Origin: Flavobacteriaceae bacterium
GTDB taxonomy: Bacteria > Bacteroidota > Bacteroidia > Flavobacteriales > Flavobacteriaceae
DNA length: 64,000 bases
Direction: 5' to 3'
NCBI GenBank assembly: GCA_045046905.1
Contig: JASFYU010000036.1
Span: 187-64,186 of the forward strand
Shown here one piece after another: positions 59,300 through 64,000 of the stretch (position 1 is the stretch's first letter; each line of letters starts with the position of its first letter). A model generated the notes under the pieces. It worked only from the letters and a program-made list of their open reading frames with translations. It ran no database searches and had not been told where the DNA came from. The position numbers and the translations under genes were made by a program.

Positions 59300-60652
59300 T
59301 TAATAGTGGCACTTTCCACATTCCATACCACCCATTTGGGCTACCGTAAGCTGATCCACACCGTATTTCTTGGAAAGCTCTTCATGTATCTTCGCATAAT
59401 ACTCATTGCCCTCAACATCAATATTAGTCTCTCTGTGGCAATTTATACACCATCCCATGGTCAAAGGAGAATATTGATACATGACCTCCATTTCCTCGAC
59501 AGGCCCATGGCAAGTTTGACATTCAACACCCGCCACCGATACATGCTGAGAGTGATTAAAGTAGGCGAAATCAGGTAAATTATGTACCCGAATCCACTCT
59601 ACTGGCTGCGTCTCACCTGTGTATTTTTGATTTTCCTCATCCCAACCGACGGCCTTATACAGCTTTTTTATCTCGGCGGTATAGAACTCATTGGTGTAGC
59701 CATTCGTCAAGTCTTCTTTACTGGGTCCTTCAGGATTACCCTTGTACTCGTATATAGATTTATGGCAATTCATACAAACGTTCAAGGCAGGAATACCCGA
59801 GGTCTTCGAAACCCTTGCCGACGAATGACAATATTTACACTCTATCTTATTATCACCAGCATGCACCTTGTGCGAATAGTGAATCGGCTGAACTGGCTCA
59901 TACCCTTGATCCACACCAAGCTGCATCATCCAACCATAAACAAAATAGCCACTTATCAATAGCAGCAATATAGTCGTGACCAATACCAAAAATTGATTCT
60001 TGGCAAACGCCTTCCAAATAGGCATACGTTTTTCGGCCTTATCTTTCTCCAATTCAATACCATTCGCTTCGGCAATACGCCTTAAGGTAGCGTTCACCAT
60101 AAACAACATCAGCACTAAAAGACCAAGAACCACTGCGAGAGCACCCAAGATTATCTCATTCGAAATACCTGAAGATGCGGTTCCGGAAACCTCTTGACCT
60201 GCAGAAGCCACAACAGCCGGAGCTACTGGCGGCGGAGCCGCAGTATAGGCCAATATATCATCAATGTCTTGATTACTCAAGGTCGGAAAGGGTGTCATTG
60301 CCGCCTGATTGTACTCATTATATATTTTAAGACTGTACGAATCTCCAGATTTAATCATTCCTGAACTATTCTTAATCCAGGCATAGATCCACTCCCTATC
60401 GAGCCCCTCGTCTTCAGAAAGACGAGCCTCTAAGTTGGCCAAGGCCGGGCCTGTCATCTTACGATCCATGGCATGACATGCGGCACAGTTTTGATTGAAC
60501 AGGGCCTTTCCCTTCACAATATCCCCAGCAGCAGCAACCTCCTGCACCATGACCTCATCTTGCGCAAAAAGAATTGTTGAAGAAAACAGGAAAAACACTA
60601 GACTGATACCTATAAAGTTGGAAATTTGATTGCGGTATGTAACCTTTTTCAT
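59300..60652 (-). CDS. actA: Alternative complex III multiheme cytochrome c subunit ActA (six CxxCH motifs)
   Basis: The CxxCH motifs are CAACH, CKYCH, CMNCH, CQTCH, CINCH and CGKCH. The track ORF starts at 60694. The ATG at 60652 (MKKVTYRNQISNFIGISLVFFLF) gives a better signal/anchor sequence. Either start is possible. Confidence 0.85.
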   Translation of the reverse strand: MKKVTYRNQISNFIGISLVFFLFSSTILFAQDEVMVQEVAAAGDIVKGKALFNQNCAACHAMDRKMTGPALANLEARLSEDEGLDREWIYAWIKNSSGMIKSGDSYSLKIYNEYNQAAMTPFPTLSNQDIDDILAYTAAPPPVAPAVVASAGQEVSGTASSGISNEIILGALAVVLGLLVLMLFMVNATLRRIAEANGIELEKDKAEKRMPIWKAFAKNQFLVLVTTILLLLISGYFVYGWMMQLGVDQGYEPVQPIHYSHKVHAGDNKIECKYCHSSARVSKTSGIPALNVCMNCHKSIYEYKGNPEGPSKEDLTNGYTNEFYTAEIKKLYKAVGWDEENQKYTGETQPVEWIRVHNLPDFAYFNHSQHVSVAGVECQTCHGPVEEMEVMYQYSPLTMGWCINCHRETNIDVEGNEYYAKIHEELSKKYGVDQLTVAQMGGMECGKCHY

Positions 60653-60738
60653 ATAATAGAATATTTCAATCGAAAGCTTGGCACGATAATTCATATAGAA
60701 TAAGCTAAAAATAGCCTTATTGTCACCTAAATCGAAGG

Positions 60739-60746
60739 CAAAAATA
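60739..60746 (-). promoter_or_regulatory. Candidate -7 promoter box TATTTTTG for the act-cox operon
   Basis: The reverse complement of CAAAAATA is TATTTTTG (a TAnnTTTG match). It lies upstream of both candidate actA starts. Confidence 0.4.
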
Positions 60747-60847
60747 CGACATAGACTCTGTTTGCAAAATGTTAAGGTATTTATAATTTATAATTTATAC
60801 CTGTTCTAAATAAAGGGTGATTTGTTTTGTTTATTTAGTAAAAAAAT

Positions 60848-60855
60848 TACATTTG
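60848..60855 (+). promoter_or_regulatory. Candidate -7 promoter box TACATTTG for the SPOR gene
   Basis: Exact TAnnTTTG match, 31 nt upstream of the ATG at 60887. Confidence 0.45.
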
Positions 60856-60886
60856 CAATAGACACTAATCTAATTCGAATAATATA

Positions 60887-61258
60887 ATGAAAACACCTAT
60901 ATATACTATTTTTGCGATTTTCACAATTGCTTTTGGAGCTGCCCAAGACGGACAAATACACATACAGCAAGACAAAAAAATAACGGATCTCTTGGAAGCC
61001 TACAAATCTTCCAATTCGAACTCCGAATACTATAGGATCCAGGTCGGTTTTGGCTCATACACCAAAGCCCAGGATATTAAATCAAAGGTTGATATCGATT
61101 TTCCTGAACTCCCTTCTAAAATAGATTTTGACTCGCCCACCTATAGAGTTCGACTTGGGCGTTTTAAATCAAAGCTCGAGGGCGAACGAAAATTCTTGGA
61201 AGTAAGGATCAAATACCCCGATGCGATGTTATTGAAACCAAAAAAATCGACCAAATAG
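60887..61258 (+). CDS. SPOR-domain (peptidoglycan-binding) protein
   Basis: 123 aa with a signal peptide. Its YRIQVGFGSYTKAQDIKSKV...YRVRLGRFKSKLEGERKF segment is the repeated beta-alpha-beta SPOR pattern. Confidence 0.7.
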   Translation: MKTPIYTIFAIFTIAFGAAQDGQIHIQQDKKITDLLEAYKSSNSNSEYYRIQVGFGSYTKAQDIKSKVDIDFPELPSKIDFDSPTYRVRLGRFKSKLEGERKFLEVRIKYPDAMLLKPKKSTK

Positions 61259-61268
61259 GTCGATTTTT
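61242..61268. terminator. Bidirectional rho-independent terminator
   Basis: An 11-bp stem, AAAAATCGACC with GGTCGATTTTT, and a 5-nt loop. It has A- and T-runs on both sides. It lies between the convergent SPOR gene (whose stop is in the loop/stem) and infB. Confidence 0.85.
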
Positions 61269-61289
61269 ATAGAATTTTGCTCGAAGCTA

Positions 61290-64000
61290 TTATTTCAGCT
61301 TTTTCTTAACAGCCACTTCGCTGAAAGCTTCAACGATATCATTCTCTCTGATATCATTGTAGTTCTTGACTTGCAAACCACAATCATACCCCTTAGCTAC
61401 CTCTTTGGCATCATCTTTAAACCTTTTCAAAGAAGACAACTCACCGGTATATATAACAACACCATCACGAATTAACCTGATATTGGAATTTCTCATTATT
61501 TTACCACTCATCACCATACAGCCTGCAATAGTACCAATTTTAGATATTTTAAAGGTTTCTCTAATTTCAGCAGTACCGTTAATCTCCTCTTTCATCTCAG
61601 GAGACAACATACCTTCCATCGCATCTTTAAGGTCATTTATGGCATCGTAGATAATGGAGTACATTCTAATATCTATCTCTTCTTTATCGGCCAAGACTCT
61701 TGCATTGCCCATAGGCCTAACATTGAACCCGATAATCACCGCATCAGAAGCAGAGGCCAAGAGTACGTCTGATTCTGTAATAGGCCCAACGGCCTTATGT
61801 ATAATATTAACCTGTATCTCTTCGGTCGACAATTTCTGGAATGAATCAGTAAGAGCCTCGACTGAACCATCAACATCACCCTTAAGAATTATGTTCAACT
61901 CTTTAAAGTCACCCAATGCAATACGTCTTCCAATCTCGTCAAGCGTAATATGGCGCTGTGTCCTTACCGACTGTTCACGCTGTAATTGAGACCTTCTAGA
62001 GGCAATTTGTTTGGCCTCTCTCTCATCTTCCAATACATTGAACTTATCTCCTGCCTGCGGGGCACCATCAAGACCTAAAATGGATATCGGACTCGAAGGC
62101 CCAACCGTTTTTACGCTATTTCCTCTTTCGTCATGCATCGCCTTGACCTTACCGCTACAGGTACCCGCCAAGACATAGTCTCCTATATTTAGTGTTCCTG
62201 TCTGAATCAATATGGTAGAGACATACCCTTTACCTTTATCAAGAAACGCCTCTACAACTGTTCCAGAAGCCTGCCTTCCTGGGTTAGCTTTCAATTCTAA
62301 CAATTCGGCCTCTAACAGTACTTTCTCCAATAACTCTTTTACACCTTCCCCAGTTTTAGCGGAAATATCATGTGACTGTATTTTACCGCCCCAATCTTCA
62401 ACCAACAAATTCATCTGGGCAAGCCCCTCTTTAACCTTCTCGGGATTCGCATTCGGTAAATCTATCTTATTAATAGCAAATATTATGGGAACGCCTGCAG
62501 CCTGAGCATGGCTAATCGCCTCCTTGGTCTGCGGCATGATATTATCATCAGCTGCAACAACAACTATTACGATATCGGTAACCTGGGCACCACGTGCACG
62601 CATTGCCGTAAAAGCCTCATGACCTGGCGTATCTAAGAAAGAAATTTTTTGACCATCATCCAAGACCACGGCATACGCCCCGATATGCTGTGTGATACCG
62701 CCACTCTCTCCTGCAATAACATTTTCTTTTCGAATATAATCTAACAAAGAAGTCTTACCGTGATCAACGTGACCCATTACCGTAACAATCGGCGCTCTCG
62801 GCAATAAATCTTCGGGCGCATCTTCTTCCTCAATGATACTTTCTTCAATATCTGCGGTAACAAATTCAACCTCGTACCCAAATTCGTCGGCGACAATAGA
62901 TAAGGTCTCCGCATCAAGTCGCTGGTTCATGGTCACCATAATACCCAAAGACATACAGGCCGAAATTATTTCAGTCGTAGCAACGTCCATCATTGTAGCA
63001 ACCTCATTAGCCGTAACAAATTCAGTTACTTTTAAGATTTTGCTTTGTAATTCTTGCTGCTCAAGATCAGCCTCGGACTGTTGACGGTGCAAATCTCTTT
63101 TATCTCTACGATATTTGGCACCTTTTCCCTTTTTTGATTTCCCCTGTAACTTTTCAAGGGTTTCTCTCACCTGCTTTTGCACATCTTCCTCAGTAGGCTC
63201 TACCTTATTCACGGTAGCAAAACGCCTGCCTCCCTTTCTATTATCAGCTCCTTTGGCCACTCCTTTGGCTACTCCTCTGACAGCACCTCTGACGACACCC
63301 CTATTAGCTGTCTTTTCAGTACTACTAATGATGCGCCTTCTTCTTCTTTTGCGATCACTGGCATCACCAGCCTTAGGTTCTTCTTTCTTTTTCTTCGGCT
63401 TCTGAAACTTTGATAAATCAATCTTATCACCCGTTATTTTTGGGCCAGTGAGTTTCTTGTACTGAGTAGCAAGGGTCTGATTTTCTTGCGGCTTCTCTGC
63501 GACCTCGGGCGTACTATCCTCAACCTTTTTCTGAGTAGGCTTAGAGGGCACATCCTCTTTTGGCGCTTCCTTCTTTGAAACCACCTCCTTCGGTGCTTCC
63601 TCTTTTGGAGCCACCTCTTTCGGCGCTTCCACTTTTGGTGCTTCCACTTTTGGAGTCACCTCTTTTGGCACTTCCGCTTTTGGCGTTTCCTCTTTTTTGG
63701 GCAGAACCGCATCAAGCTTCTCCTGCTTTACAGCAACAAATTCCTTTTTCTTTGGATTAAGGTCAATTTTACCAACGGTCTTCAGACCAGTAAGTTCCAC
63801 TTTTGCCTTTATAATCACCGAGGCAGCAGCCTTCTTCTCACGCGCCAACCGTCTTTCCTCTTGCTCCTGCTCAAGTTGTAACCTTATAGCCTCCTTCTCT
63901 TTCCGCTTTTCCTCACCGACTTCTTTGGATGCAACTTTCTTGCTCATATCAGTCTGGAACTCGTCCAAAAGCACTTGATGTACCTCTTCTGATATTTTGG
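61290..64000 (-). CDS. infB: Translation initiation factor IF-2, 5'-truncated by the window end
   Basis: G-domain motifs [20 protein letters not shown] and NKID are present. The reading frame stays open upstream of the GTG listed in the track (..[14 protein letters not shown]), so the true start lies beyond 64000. Confidence 0.95.
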   Translation of the reverse strand, partial: KISEEVHQVLLDEFQTDMSKKVASKEVGEEKRKEKEAIRLQLEQEQEERRLAREKKAAASVIIKAKVELTGLKTVGKIDLNPKKKEFVAVKQEKLDAVLPKKEETPKAEVPKEVTPKVEAPKVEAPKEVAPKEEAPKEVVSKKEAPKEDVPSKPTQKKVEDSTPEVAEKPQENQTLATQYKKLTGPKITGDKIDLSKFQKPKKKKEEPKAGDASDRKRRRRRIISSTEKTANRGVVRGAVRGVAKGVAKGADNRKGGRRFATVNKVEPTEEDVQKQVRETLEKLQGKSKKGKGAKYRRDKRDLHRQQSEADLEQQELQSKILKVTEFVTANEVATMMDVATTEIISACMSLGIMVTMNQRLDAETLSIVADEFGYEVEFVTADIEESIIEEEDAPEDLLPRAPIVTVMGHVDHGKTSLLDYIRKENVIAGESGGITQHIGAYAVVLDDGQKISFLDTPGHEAFTAMRARGAQVTDIVIVVVAADDNIMPQTKEAISHAQAAGVPIIFAINKIDLPNANPEKVKEGLAQMNLLVEDWGGKIQSHDISAKTGEGVKELLEKVLLEAELLELKANPGRQASGTVVEAFLDKGKGYVSTILIQTGTLNIGDYVLAGTCSGKVKAMHDERGNSVKTVGPSSPISILGLDGAPQAGDKFNVLEDEREAKQIASRRSQLQREQSVRTQRHITLDEIGRRIALGDFKELNIILKGDVDGSVEALTDSFQKLSTEEIQVNIIHKAVGPITESDVLLASASDAVIIGFNVRPMGNARVLADKEEIDIRMYSIIYDAINDLKDAMEGMLSPEMKEEINGTAEIRETFKISKIGTIAGCMVMSGKIMRNSNIRLIRDGVVIYTGELSSLKRFKDDAKEVAKGYDCGLQVKNYNDIRENDIVEAFSEVAVKKKLK

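Overview
This 64 kb window is an AT-rich chromosomal segment from a Bacteroidota genome, very probably class Flavobacteriia. Supporting evidence: type IX secretion genes (sprA, a PorP/SprF homolog), TAnnTTTG promoter boxes ahead of several genes, and an alternative-complex-III plus aa3 oxidase operon. I call about 49 protein genes, mostly on the minus strand, and saw no rRNA, tRNA or CRISPR array. The content is core metabolism and envelope functions:
- Housekeeping genes: fabD, nifU-like, tsaB, gcvH, ruvA, ruvB, maeB, queG, pckA, infB.
- A MacAB/TolC-type efflux operon.
- A LytTR two-component pair next to a vWA lipoprotein.
- Two separated respiratory loci. One (48988-60694) is an eight-gene actABCDEF-coxII-coxI operon. 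The other (18378-24040) holds subunit III/IV genes and assembly genes (ctaB, SCO1, DUF420).

I found no obviously novel multi-gene system. The observations most worth a second look are:
- A cysteine-free SCO1 paralog, tightly coupled to the genuine SCO1, together with a 71-aa CxxC membrane protein in the oxidase-assembly operon.
- A helix-hairpin-helix-like C-terminal extension of about 120 aa on ActC.
- A hexaheme ActA with an extra N-terminal monoheme domain.
- A dead 1.3 kb IS4-family element with a 9-bp target duplication, 56 nt upstream of a TonB-dependent receptor gene.
- The 3' relic of an efflux-adaptor gene, which carries a 119-bp-period duplication.
- A family of long imperfect palindromes in convergent intergenic regions.
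- An 11-bp x4 tandem repeat that abuts the fabD start codon.

Several ORF-track starts are corrected using terminators or promoter boxes that lie inside the long ORFs. All homology calls come from motif recognition by eye. No database search was run.
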